Shown here in pieces: positions 20,089-29,969 of a DNA stretch of 64,000 nt (position 1 is its first letter; each line of letters begins with the position of its first letter). Made by a program: the position numbers and the translations under genes. Below the pieces are notes generated by a model, which ran no database searches, was not told the origin of the DNA, and worked only from the letters and a program-made list of their open reading frames with translations. This stretch comes from Phycisphaerae bacterium (GTDB lineage: Bacteria; Planctomycetota; Phycisphaerae; WQYP01), in NCBI GenBank assembly GCA_049977145.1, contig JBMFGW010000005.1, forward strand, positions 39-64,038, written 5' to 3'.

Positions 20089-21339
20089 ATGTCAACCATG
20101 CCCATCGCCAAACTTGCTCTGGAAGATGGAACCATATTTTCCGGTCTGGCCTTCGGCGCCACGGTGGCGCACGCAGGTGAAGTGGTATTTAACACATCCT
20201 TAAGCGGATATCAAGAAATCCTGACTGATCCTTCCTACCGGGGGCAAATTGTCACCATGACCTGTCCACAAATCGGAAATTACGGCATTGCCGATAGTTC
20301 CGATGAAGAGTCCGGTCGGCCGCAAGTCGATGGATTTATCATCAAGGAACTCTCCACACTGGTAAGCAATTACCGGGCGGTGGAATCTCTGCATGAATAT
20401 CTCGTTCGACATCATGTGCCGGGAATTGCAGGTATTGATACCAGGGCTTTGGTTCGCAAACTGCGCACCCAAGGCGCGTTAAAAGGTGTGATCTGCACCG
20501 ATCCGGCCATGGTGGTCGATGATGCATCCCTGGTGAAGAAGGCCGAAACTTGGAGCGGGCTGGTGGGCATTGATCTGGTGCAACAGGTGACGCCGGAAAA
20601 GACTTACCACTGGGTGCAGGACAAGGGAATTTGGAGCCAAAGAGCCGATCATCATGGCCAAACCGGACACCATGTGGTGGCTATTGATTGTGGTGCTAAA
20701 CGCAATATTCTTCGCAACCTCGCCCAGAGCGGATGTCGTGTAACGGTGGTACCGGCCAACGCTACCGCCGAAGAAATTCTTGCCCACCGGCCTGATGGCG
20801 TATTTGTAAGCAATGGTCCCGGCGATCCGGAACCTATTGCTTACACCCAGGCAACGCTGAAAAAACTCATTGGCAAAAAACCGATATTCGGAATCTGTCT
20901 GGGCCATCAACTTTTGGGGTTGGCGCTGGGAGCCGCCACGTATAAACTAAAATTCGGTCACCGGGGCGGCAATCAGCCCGTGCAAAACACTGGCACCGGC
21001 AAAGTCGAAATTACCTCCCAGAATCATGGCTTTGCAGTCGATGTGGCTTCCTTGCGCAAATACGGTGGCGAACCAACACATATCAACCTCAATGATAAAA
21101 CGCTCGAAGGCTTCCGCATGACCTCCGAGCCGGTATTCGCGGTCCAATATCACCCCGAGGCCAGCCCAGGCCCACATGACGCTACATATTTATTTGACTG
21201 CTTTGTACAAATGATGCAAACCGGCAAAAGCCCGACCCCGGAAGAAATGAATACCGCCCAGAACCGTCGCAATGCGGTGCTGATGAGCCCGGATATTGTT
21301 ATCACTAAATCCACTAGCCCCATTGGGCGTGCTAAATAA
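20089..21339 (+). CDS. carA: Carbamoyl-phosphate synthase small (glutaminase) subunit
   Basis: N-terminal AKLALEDGT..GEVVFNT..GYQEILTDPSY, a GICLGHQLL catalytic Cys, and a HPE triad end. Confidence 0.9.
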   Translation: MSTMPIAKLALEDGTIFSGLAFGATVAHAGEVVFNTSLSGYQEILTDPSYRGQIVTMTCPQIGNYGIADSSDEESGRPQVDGFIIKELSTLVSNYRAVESLHEYLVRHHVPGIAGIDTRALVRKLRTQGALKGVICTDPAMVVDDASLVKKAETWSGLVGIDLVQQVTPEKTYHWVQDKGIWSQRADHHGQTGHHVVAIDCGAKRNILRNLAQSGCRVTVVPANATAEEILAHRPDGVFVSNGPGDPEPIAYTQATLKKLIGKKPIFGICLGHQLLGLALGAATYKLKFGHRGGNQPVQNTGTGKVEITSQNHGFAVDVASLRKYGGEPTHINLNDKTLEGFRMTSEPVFAVQYHPEASPGPHDATYLFDCFVQMMQTGKSPTPEEMNTAQNRRNAVLMSPDIVITKSTSPIGRAK

Positions 21340-21466
21340 AAACTTGCGCTGGCTTGAATGGTGTGATAAAAGGCGGGTATAATAATTAATCTTAGAGTTT
21401 CGCGCTGGCACGGAATTCAAGGTGTGACGCGAGGTTTTATAGGGCATTCTATTGGAGATTGTGCTG

Positions 21467-21904
21467 ATGTTATCGAATGTATCCAAAGCTGTGGTACTGG
21501 TCATTGGAACGACCGTTCTGGCCGGTAGTGGTAAACCGATCATTTCCCCGGCGCGAACCGTCGTGCCGCTTTCCAGTTGGAAAGCGCCGGCTTCGGCATC
21601 AAAAAAGAAAAATCCTATTCCCATGACTTCCGCATCTATCCAGGCGGGAGCATCCATTTTTTCGCAGAATTGTGAGGCTTGCCATGGCTCCAATGGCAAA
21701 GGCGACGGTCCGACCGGCGCCTTTTTGAACCCGCATCCAGCTAATTTAACCAAAGCGTCCTTTTGGAAGCAGAGCGATGGAGCGATTTTCTGGAAGATAA
21801 CCCATGGCCACAGCCCCATGCCAAGTTTTCGAGATTCCTTAAGCCGCAAGCAACGTTGGGAAGTCATTAACTATCTGCGGCATGAATTTGATAAAGCCCG
21901 ATAA
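21467..21904 (+). CDS. Class I c-type cytochrome (secreted)
   Basis: Signal peptide, a CEACHG haem-binding motif, and a distal Met in ITHGHSPMPSF. Confidence 0.75.
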   Translation: MLSNVSKAVVLVIGTTVLAGSGKPIISPARTVVPLSSWKAPASASKKKNPIPMTSASIQAGASIFSQNCEACHGSNGKGDGPTGAFLNPHPANLTKASFWKQSDGAIFWKITHGHSPMPSFRDSLSRKQRWEVINYLRHEFDKAR

Positions 21905-21999
21905 GGCTGCGGAAACGTCCATTTTCTGTATCCATTGACGGAGATTCTTTCGGGGCGGTATGATCATGCGAGGTTACAATCTTTATTAAGGAGATTGTT

Positions 22000-22452
22000 A
22001 TGCCCCAACCCGCGAAAGAATCGAAGGTTCCGGTGATTTCGCGCACCGGGCAGGATCTTACACCGCTAAGTGGTGTGCAAATCAAGGAACTGACGCAAAA
22101 ACTCACGCCTGAGGAGTGGCATGTCCTGCTGGATCAAGGCACCGAACCGCAATTTTCTGGCAGTGTATTAAATTCAGGTACTGGAGTGTATGTGTGCCGA
22201 CTCTGCGGATTGCCGCTGTTTAATTCCAGTGCGAAGTTTGAGTCGCATACCGGGTGGCCAAGCTTTTACGAACCAGTTGATCCAGATCATGTCCGCTTGC
22301 GCCGCGATAAAAGTTATGGCATGATTCGCACGGAAGTCCGTTGTCGCCGCTGCGGCAGCCACTTGGGCCATGTTTTCGACGATGGACCGGCCCCCACAGG
22401 AAAACGTTTCTGCATGAATTCGGTGGCCTTGGAGTTAAAAGAGAAAAGTTAG
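22000..22452 (+). CDS. msrB: Peptide-methionine (R)-S-oxide reductase
   Basis: CRLCG..HTGWPSF..RCRRCGSHLGHVFDDGP matches zinc-containing MsrB. Confidence 0.9.
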   Translation: MPQPAKESKVPVISRTGQDLTPLSGVQIKELTQKLTPEEWHVLLDQGTEPQFSGSVLNSGTGVYVCRLCGLPLFNSSAKFESHTGWPSFYEPVDPDHVRLRRDKSYGMIRTEVRCRRCGSHLGHVFDDGPAPTGKRFCMNSVALELKEKS

Positions 22453-22517
22453 AAGTTGATGGAGAGACGGTTTTACCGGTTATATAAAAATGTGATTTCT
22501 TACGGGGAGTAAGTACC

Positions 22518-23339
22518 GTGCACAAAAAATTACGCAAAGCGCTGCTCTATTTCATCCTGTTGATCATGGTCCTGATTGTGGCCGTATGGTTTTCCATTGA
22601 TGGCATGATCCGCAGTGAAATTCAGAGTCGGGCAACGGCGGCGCTGGGGGTGAAGACCATGTTGGCGGATGCTAATTTAAGCATTCTCGCGGGCCGTATT
22701 ACGCTCACGGGTCTAACTGTGGATAATCTCAAGGGATATGCGGATCCGCATCTGCTGACCATGCAATCCTGCGGGGCCGTAGTGAGCTTGCATAGCCTGC
22801 TGGCCAAGACCGTCGTGGTGAAAATTATTACCATTAACGGCCTGCATATTTCCATGGATCAAAATGGATTATCCAATAATCTGATGGATGAAATTAACCA
22901 CCTCAACAAGCTACAGCGTTCCGCTGCCAGTGGAAATCACCCCCAAGGCTCCGGAGGCAAGGCTCTGACCATAACCAAGGTTTTGCTACTTAATACCGTG
23001 GTTCGCCTGGATACTTCCCTGATTCCGGGGCAGAACGGGGCACCCATTGTTATTACCTTGCCGCGAATAGTACTCATCGAACCAACCAATCCCAATGGCC
23101 GCCCCTTACGCCTCGCTGGTTTGATGGAGCAGATTTTAGTGGAAATTGCGAAGAGCGTAGCGAATAATCCCGCGATTCCTGGCCCGGTGCGTAGCACGCT
23201 TGATGTGGCCGCAAGCTTGCTTGGTTCCGGTACCAACACGCTTTTTCATGGGTTGGGACAAGCGGTCACCGGCACAGTAAATTCCCTGGGGCACCTCTTG
23301 GGCACCGGAACGCAAAGCATCAACGGAGACGCGAAGTGA
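22518..23339 (+). CDS. AsmA-like N-terminal-domain membrane protein (273 aa)
   Basis: N-terminal TM helix, then a beta-rich segment resembling the AsmA family N-terminal domain. Confidence 0.45.
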   Translation: MHKKLRKALLYFILLIMVLIVAVWFSIDGMIRSEIQSRATAALGVKTMLADANLSILAGRITLTGLTVDNLKGYADPHLLTMQSCGAVVSLHSLLAKTVVVKIITINGLHISMDQNGLSNNLMDEINHLNKLQRSAASGNHPQGSGGKALTITKVLLLNTVVRLDTSLIPGQNGAPIVITLPRIVLIEPTNPNGRPLRLAGLMEQILVEIAKSVANNPAIPGPVRSTLDVAASLLGSGTNTLFHGLGQAVTGTVNSLGHLLGTGTQSINGDAK

Positions 23340-24628
23340 GCGCGGCAATCATTGCTCATATTTCCGCCACCGTTCACTGCGTTGATTGGCCTGATGTCCT
23401 GATTTTTGCCCTGACCTACTTTGGCCTGGCACTGGGGGATATTCCTTTTACACGGCTCGATCGGTCGAGTATCGCGATATTAGGTGCGGTGGCAGTGCTT
23501 CTTTTTCATCGTATGAATCTGCGCCAGGCCATGGCCGGGGTCGATTTTCCCACTTTGATTTTGTTGATCAGCATGATGGTTATTTCCGCGCAATTGCGGC
23601 TGGCGGGGTTTTATGACTGGGTAGTGCGGCGGATTGTTGCTGCGGCTGATCAGCCTTGGCGGCTGCTAGCCGGGCTGATTGTATTTTCCGCATCGCTTTC
23701 CGCATTGTTCGCCAACGATGTGATCTGTCTGATTTTTACACCGGTATTGTGTCTGGCCCTGCAACGTGCCCGCCGTGATCCGGTGCCTTATCTCATGGCG
23801 CTGGCTACCGCATCCAATATTGGTTCGGCTTCCACTCTTATTGGCAATCCACAGAATATGCTCATCGGCGAAACCGCGCATCTGAACTTTGCAGGATATC
23901 TGCTCACGGTGCTGCCGCTAATTCTGCTTTGTCTGCTACTTAATTATGTGGCCATCACCGTGGTTTATTACACACGATTATTTGTGGATGTGGAGCCGCC
24001 ACCGGCGTCGGAAGCGACGCGTGAACATCACCATCCGCTGGTGATGCGGTGGCGCCTGATTATCAAGTCCCTGGTGGTGATGGGTATCCTTCTTGCGGTG
24101 ATGTTGGCGGGTTCCGTCATTGACGTCAGTCGCCCGGTGGCCGCGATGGCGGCAGCAGGGGTGATCCTGGTGTCACGGAAGACCCGACCGTCCGATTTAT
24201 TTGCGCTAGTAGACTGGAATTTGATTTTGCTGTTTATCGGTTTGTTTATTGTCATCGCCGATGTGCAGAGCCATCAACTGCTTGCGCCGGCGTTGCAGGC
24301 TTTGACCCAAGCGGGCCTATCACTGCAATCGCATTTACCCTTGGCGTGTATCACCCTGGCATTGTCCAATATCGTCAGCAACGTACCGGCGGTGCTGCTA
24401 TTAAAGCCAGCTATTCCTCTGACGGCCACGCACACTTGGTATCTCTTGGCAGTGGTCAGCACACTGGCGGGCAATCTGACATTGCTGGGGTCTATTGCTA
24501 ATTTAATTGTAGCCCAGCAAGCAGGGTCATTCGCGGTGAATCTGCGTTTTCGGGAGTACCTGAAGGCCGGCGTACCCCTGACGTTGTGTTGCGTAACCTT
24601 AACGGTGCTTTACTTCAAAATGATTTGA
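23336..24628 (+). CDS. ArsB/NhaD-superfamily (CitMHS-like) ion permease
   Basis: About 12 TM helices, and an SNIGSASTLIGNPQN motif typical of ArsB/NhaD/SLC13-like permeases. GTG start overlapping the upstream stop (GTGA). Confidence 0.65.
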   Translation: MSAAIIAHISATVHCVDWPDVLIFALTYFGLALGDIPFTRLDRSSIAILGAVAVLLFHRMNLRQAMAGVDFPTLILLISMMVISAQLRLAGFYDWVVRRIVAAADQPWRLLAGLIVFSASLSALFANDVICLIFTPVLCLALQRARRDPVPYLMALATASNIGSASTLIGNPQNMLIGETAHLNFAGYLLTVLPLILLCLLLNYVAITVVYYTRLFVDVEPPPASEATREHHHPLVMRWRLIIKSLVVMGILLAVMLAGSVIDVSRPVAAMAAAGVILVSRKTRPSDLFALVDWNLILLFIGLFIVIADVQSHQLLAPALQALTQAGLSLQSHLPLACITLALSNIVSNVPAVLLLKPAIPLTATHTWYLLAVVSTLAGNLTLLGSIANLIVAQQAGSFAVNLRFREYLKAGVPLTLCCVTLTVLYFKMI

Positions 24629-24825
24629 ACAAATGCAATGCGACTGCCAGTGGCGCGTATGGTCACCTGGCCATGGCGAATCGCCCTGCCATAAAATTTA
24701 ACCGATACCTACCAGAACGCGACATCGTGCCTGGTTGAGAGAACTGCCGCACTACGAAGGGAAGTCGGCTTGTCCCGAACCCAGATTCATGGTAAATGTG
24801 TGCCAATGATTGAGGACCGGTGTTG

Positions 24826-26748
24826 ATGCATATAACTCCCCCGATTAGCAAGCTCAAGCGTTGGATGTTGGCTTGGCAGTTACGCTGGCAGCAGCAGTTG
24901 GCACGCTGGGGAATTCGTGAGCAGACGCTGTTGATTGGGTTGTCATTCATTGTGGGGCTGCTTACCGGAATGGCGACTTGGCTTTTTGAGCAGACCGTTA
25001 AATTTATTGAACATCATTACTATTTACCAGCGGTACAATTGACACACGCTACAACGTGGTGGCCATGCTATGTGTTTTTACCATTGATTCCCGCAGGTGG
25101 CGGGCTGGTGCTGGTATTATGGCGGCGGCTTTGGGGCCGGCACGATTCCAAGAAAGCGCAACTCCATGGTTTGGCTGGAGTATTACATTCTTTATCGCGG
25201 GAATCGGGAAAATTAAAGGGTTCACTGAGTATTGAAACGCTGGTGGCCAGCAGTTTAACCATCGGCAGCGGCGGGTCGGCGGGCCCCGAAGCGCCGATTG
25301 CGGTTATTGGCGCATCAATCGGTGCCATGTGTGGCAACACCTTGGGGTTTTCGCGGCGTAACATGCCCATCTTGTTGGGCTGCGGCGCCGCCGCCGGAAT
25401 TAGTGCAATATTTGGTGCCCCGATCGCCGGCGTGCTCTTTGCCATGGAAGTGCTGTTGCGGGATTTTTCGGTACGAACGCTTACTCCAATTGTGATTTCA
25501 TCGGTGATGGCTTCCACAATGTATGTGGGACTTTCCGGTGGCGGACCGGTGCGCGGATTATTTCAAATGCCGGCTAGCGGCCCGGCGTTTATTTTTACGT
25601 TTAGCCAGTTACCGTATTATCTGCTGTTGGGGGCGGTTTGCGGGCTCCTGGCAGTAGGGTTCACACGTTTTTATATTATGGTCGAAGATTTTTCACAGAA
25701 GCACCGGAAACACATCCCTTATTTTCTGCATCCAGCAATTGGGGCCGCGCTTACCGGCGTGTGCGGCATTGCCATGCTGATTATTTTTCGCAACGACCCC
25801 TTTTTACATCAGCGTTTCGCACAAAACTATATCCCCATTTTCAGTGATGGCTATCCTACAATTTTGCGTATGATCGATCCGCAGTGGTATACCGGTGTTC
25901 ATCTTGTCGGCGGACCCACCGTAACTCTTAGTTTGGAATTTTTGTTAGTGGTGTGTGTCTTGAAAATTATCGCAACTTCTTTCACGCTGGCCTCCGGCGG
26001 ATCCGGCGGCGTCTTTGCACCGGCGTTATTTATTGGTGCGGCGGGGGGGGGAGCGGTCGGATTACTCCTGACTCATTATGGTTTGGTCGGGGATCCGAGC
26101 ACCTATGCGCTAGTGGGCATGGGTGCGGTGCTGGCGGCGGCAATACAGGCTCCGCTTACCGCTATCATTCTGTTGTTTGAACTCACCCAGAATTATGCGG
26201 TGATGGTGCCGATTATGCTGGCAGCGGTGACGGCGACAGTGATTCAACAATTGATGGTGGGAGAAAGCCTCTATACGCTACCATTGAGAAAGCTGGGAGT
26301 GAAGTTGGGTTCCGCTGTAGGCATCAGTGCCTTGCAGAGAATTGGTGTGGATCAGTTGGTGCTGGCCAAGGCCCCGGTAGCGCGGCCCGATGAATCGCTT
26401 TCCAGTATTCTGGCACGAAGCCATCAGGAAGGAATTGAAGACTTTGTGGTGCTAGATAAAAGCGGTAAGTATCTGGGACTGTTAACTCTTGACGATTTAA
26501 AAACCGTGCTGATGGAGCCAGAAGCAGCCCCTCTGCTGCTGGTGGGCGAAGTAATGCGAGCGGATGTTCCACCCATCAAATTTCATGACACACTGGACGC
26601 GGCGTTGGCAATGTTCGGGCGATTCGAAGTTTCACGACTGGCGGTTTTGGATGATATTGCCGTGACCAATAAAGTACCGGCGTTGTTGGGTTTTCTAACG
26701 CGTTCTGAGCTTATGAAACGATACCAGCAGGAGTTGACGGGGACGTAG
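24826..26748 (+). CDS. ClC-family chloride channel/antiporter with C-terminal CBS domain pair
   Basis: GSGGSAGPEAPI, GAPIAGVLFAMEV and GGVFAPALFIGAAGG selectivity-filter motifs. Two CBS-like repeats after residue 500. Confidence 0.85.
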   Translation: MHITPPISKLKRWMLAWQLRWQQQLARWGIREQTLLIGLSFIVGLLTGMATWLFEQTVKFIEHHYYLPAVQLTHATTWWPCYVFLPLIPAGGGLVLVLWRRLWGRHDSKKAQLHGLAGVLHSLSRESGKLKGSLSIETLVASSLTIGSGGSAGPEAPIAVIGASIGAMCGNTLGFSRRNMPILLGCGAAAGISAIFGAPIAGVLFAMEVLLRDFSVRTLTPIVISSVMASTMYVGLSGGGPVRGLFQMPASGPAFIFTFSQLPYYLLLGAVCGLLAVGFTRFYIMVEDFSQKHRKHIPYFLHPAIGAALTGVCGIAMLIIFRNDPFLHQRFAQNYIPIFSDGYPTILRMIDPQWYTGVHLVGGPTVTLSLEFLLVVCVLKIIATSFTLASGGSGGVFAPALFIGAAGGGAVGLLLTHYGLVGDPSTYALVGMGAVLAAAIQAPLTAIILLFELTQNYAVMVPIMLAAVTATVIQQLMVGESLYTLPLRKLGVKLGSAVGISALQRIGVDQLVLAKAPVARPDESLSSILARSHQEGIEDFVVLDKSGKYLGLLTLDDLKTVLMEPEAAPLLLVGEVMRADVPPIKFHDTLDAALAMFGRFEVSRLAVLDDIAVTNKVPALLGFLTRSELMKRYQQELTGT

Positions 26749-26924
26749 GGGCGGACTGGGATGCTGTAAATTGCGAACCCGTTTTTCGCAAGTTGACACG
26801 AACCACCGCAGGGCATTGCGGTGCTGCGGGGAGGAAACGCAAAAGTAAATTGCAACTTTTCCTTCTTTTGTGCGTATTAACTATAATAGAGATGTGGGAT
26901 TGGTGGCTATACGGAGTGTTTCTT

Positions 26925-27809
26925 ATGCATGCGCGTCAGATTATCGGGGTTATCGTATCACTGACTCTTGGCGGCTTAATTGGTGGCTGTGCTTCGGTAC
27001 AGGTTAAGCCGGTATCAGTAACGCAGGTGAATGATCCAGCTATTGTCGGCGTGCGTTTTTTCCAGCCTCAACCTTATTTGCTCGTGACGGAAATGCCTTC
27101 CATGCCGACACCTCCTAAACCGATGCTGCTGCATGGACTCATGAGGCTGCCTATAGGGCCGATGAATGGTCGCATGTCCTGTCCAATGATGCGACCTCGC
27201 GGCGGCCCACAACATGGGGTGGGCAAGCCGATGATGAAATGGCAGGGTATGAATCGTCCGGGCCGTCGGCATGGTACTGCGATGGGGCCAGTCTCAAAGA
27301 GACACGGTATGGCCGGTATGATGGCACTTGGGGAGATGCGCCATCTGCCGCCGCAGCAGCGGGTTTTTAAACTTCAAATTATTTATCTGCCTGATTACAG
27401 CCATCCGTATGTAGCTGTCATACAGGGCGGACTGGGTCACAGCCCCAATTCCCTCGTCCTGGCAAATGGTTGGGAATTACTCGGTTTGAATGTGAAGGGG
27501 CCTGTGGCCCAGTCTCGGCCCATTCATGCCATTACCGCCGCCCCCGCGCTGCGGCAAGTGCATGGAAGGATGACGCACCCGATGCTGATGCCACTCCATG
27601 CGGCCATGGCCATGGGTTTGCAACCCGGACTTTACCGGTTTATTTTCAACGCTAAAAATGGCAAACTGGAAGGTCTGCGGAGGATTGGCTTGCTTAAACC
27701 ACACCATTGGCGTAGACCGATGGGAATGATGAAATGGAAAAATTCAAACCGGTTGGAACCGCATCCGATGCAGTCGGCGGCTACCCCTATGAAAGAATCA
27801 GGAAAATAA
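26925..27809 (+). CDS. Met/His/Pro-rich lipoprotein, candidate periplasmic Cu(I)/metal-binding protein
   Basis: Lipobox LIGGC after a signal peptide. About 27 Met (about 9%) and many His arranged in MxxM, MM and HxxM motifs. No similarity I can place in a known fold. Confidence 0.5.
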   Translation: MHARQIIGVIVSLTLGGLIGGCASVQVKPVSVTQVNDPAIVGVRFFQPQPYLLVTEMPSMPTPPKPMLLHGLMRLPIGPMNGRMSCPMMRPRGGPQHGVGKPMMKWQGMNRPGRRHGTAMGPVSKRHGMAGMMALGEMRHLPPQQRVFKLQIIYLPDYSHPYVAVIQGGLGHSPNSLVLANGWELLGLNVKGPVAQSRPIHAITAAPALRQVHGRMTHPMLMPLHAAMAMGLQPGLYRFIFNAKNGKLEGLRRIGLLKPHHWRRPMGMMKWKNSNRLEPHPMQSAATPMKESGK

Positions 27810-28090
27810 TAAAACATGACGTAAATCAACATATCCTGCCAGAACCTCTGGCGGGATCTGTGCCACAATCCGTCAAATTTTCCTTGCCGCCTCCGTGTGA
27901 AATTTCTGTTTTGGTGCAGCCAATTCGGGCCGCTTGGGTATTCTTGACTTTTCATTACGTCCTATAATATATGTTATGTTAAATTGATATAAATGTGCTA
28001 AACACGAATTCGGGAACGCCATAGCCTTGTCGCTTGGTCAATAATCTGCTACTATTCTTATAAATGCGACCTTTATAATAGGAAAAGGTA

Positions 28091-29110
28091 ATGAATCATC
28101 CTCCAGTTGTTGCGGTTGTTGGTGCCACGGGTGCCGTTGGTGTTGAATTCTTGCGTTGTCTGGACGAACGCAATTTTCCAATGGCTGAACTGAGGCTTTA
28201 TGCCTCGGCGCGTAGCGCCGGCAAACAAATGATATTTCGTGGTTGCGAGCTGACGGTACAGGAACTCAATGAACAGAGCTTCAGGGGTGTCGATCTTGCA
28301 TTATTTTCTGCCGGTGGCTCCATTAGTAAAAAATATGGTCCAATTGCGGTCCAATCCGGTGCAGTGGTTGTCGATAATAGCTCCGCTTTCCGGATGAATC
28401 CTGATGTACCACTGATTGTTCCCGAAATAAACCCGGAACAGATTCAGAACCACAGGGGTTTGATTGCCAACCCCAATTGCTCGACGATTATTGCCATTGT
28501 GCCCTTGTGGCCGTTGCATAGAATCAATCGTATCACCCGGTTGATCGTGGCGACATATCAGGCAGCGAGTGGCGCTGGCGCGGCAGCGATGCAGGAACTA
28601 CTGAACGCGACCAAGGCGTCGCTGGAGGGGCGCGATTACCCTCCCACGGTATTACCACATCCGTATGCCTTTAATGTTTTCAGTCATAATGCCGCCATTG
28701 ACCTGGAAACAGGCTATAATGAAGAAGAAACGAAGATGGTCAAAGAAACACGGAAGATCTTTAATGATCCGGAGATTCGCATTTCAGCAACTTGCGTACG
28801 CGTACCGGTTTTACGGGCACATTGTGAGGCTCTTAATGTTGAATTTATGTCCCCCATTGATTCTATGCAAGTTCGGGACATTCTTATACACGCACCTGGA
28901 GTTAGGGTTGTGGACCAACGCGAAAAAAACTATTTTCCGATGCCACGCGACGCCTCTGGCCAAGGGGATATTCTCGTTGGGCGTATCCGCAACGATATCA
29001 GTGATCCATCAGGCCGTAGCATTGCCATGTTCGTGGCGGGAGATCAGTTGTTGAAGGGAGCGGCTCTCAATGCGGTACAGATTGCGGAACTACTGGTGGC
29101 GAAAAATTAA
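28091..29110 (+). CDS. asd: Aspartate-semialdehyde dehydrogenase
   Basis: VAVVGATGAVG NADP fold, an NPNCSTI active-site Cys motif, 339 aa. Confidence 0.9.
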   Translation: MNHPPVVAVVGATGAVGVEFLRCLDERNFPMAELRLYASARSAGKQMIFRGCELTVQELNEQSFRGVDLALFSAGGSISKKYGPIAVQSGAVVVDNSSAFRMNPDVPLIVPEINPEQIQNHRGLIANPNCSTIIAIVPLWPLHRINRITRLIVATYQAASGAGAAAMQELLNATKASLEGRDYPPTVLPHPYAFNVFSHNAAIDLETGYNEEETKMVKETRKIFNDPEIRISATCVRVPVLRAHCEALNVEFMSPIDSMQVRDILIHAPGVRVVDQREKNYFPMPRDASGQGDILVGRIRNDISDPSGRSIAMFVAGDQLLKGAALNAVQIAELLVAKN

Positions 29111-29180
29111 CCGTGGCGGATGTGGCAATTTTTCGGGCGACTGCCGAAGTTTTTGATGGCGGCGTGTGAGATACACCACT

Positions 29181-29921
29181 ATGGCCCGAAATCGTTATAA
29201 ACTTATCATTGCTTACGATGGTACAGCGTATTGTGGTTGGCAGCGGCAAGTGTCGTCTGTTGTCACCGTGCAACAGACCGTTGAAAAAGCCGCCGGTTAT
29301 ATCGTCAATCATCCGGTGACGGTGCTGGGGGCTTCTCGTACCGACTCTGGCGTGCACGCCCAAGGCCAAGTTGCGGAAATGACCGTGGAGACGCAATGGG
29401 AAACCGAGCGACTGCGAATGGCCATTAACAGTCGCTTGCCGCCGGATATTCTTATCCGCACGATGGAACTGGCCGCTGAAAACTTCAACGTCCGCAATGC
29501 CAAAAACAAGCGGTATCGCTACATGATCTGGGCGAATCGTGACCGCCCGATTTTTTATCGTCATTACGTATACCATTACTGGCGCGACTTGGATATATCG
29601 GCAATGCAGGAAGCCTGCCGGTTGTTTGAAGGAAGGCATGACTTTATCGCCTTTCGCGGAAGGCAAGATGAGTATCAAACGACCATTCGTGACATATTTC
29701 ATTGCAGTATCCACCGTCGCGGACCGATAATTATCTTTGCCGTGGAGGGCAACGGTTTTCTATATCACATGGTGCGAACCATGGTAGGCACGGTATTAGA
29801 AATTGGTCGTGCCCAGGGTAAACCGGAGCGGGTGACGGAACTTTTGGCCGCGGGGGATCGGCTGGCCGCCGGCCCGTGTGCGCCGGCATTGGGCTTGTGT
29901 CTGCAATGGATTCGCTTTTAA
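29181..29921 (+). CDS. truA: tRNA pseudouridine(38-40) synthase
   Basis: YKLIIAYDGTAYCGWQRQ and RTDSGVHA (catalytic Asp) motifs. Confidence 0.9.
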   Translation: MARNRYKLIIAYDGTAYCGWQRQVSSVVTVQQTVEKAAGYIVNHPVTVLGASRTDSGVHAQGQVAEMTVETQWETERLRMAINSRLPPDILIRTMELAAENFNVRNAKNKRYRYMIWANRDRPIFYRHYVYHYWRDLDISAMQEACRLFEGRHDFIAFRGRQDEYQTTIRDIFHCSIHRRGPIIIFAVEGNGFLYHMVRTMVGTVLEIGRAQGKPERVTELLAAGDRLAAGPCAPALGLCLQWIRF

Positions 29922-29969
29922 TTTTTCGCCCTGTTAAAAGCGATCCATGCTCTTACGGGAATTCCGGCA

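Noticed and set aside
21190-21867. 225-aa minus-strand ORF
   Set aside because: It overlaps the 3' end of carA and the whole cytochrome c gene, which has clear CxxCH and signal-peptide evidence on the + strand. It is the antisense frame of a GC-rich region and is spurious.
24629-24819. Fluoride (crcB-motif) riboswitch upstream of the ClC gene
   Set aside because: The conserved GGnGATGGnGTTCnCC ... AACCGCC elements are not present. The ClC here is the long CBS-containing type, not a ClC-F.
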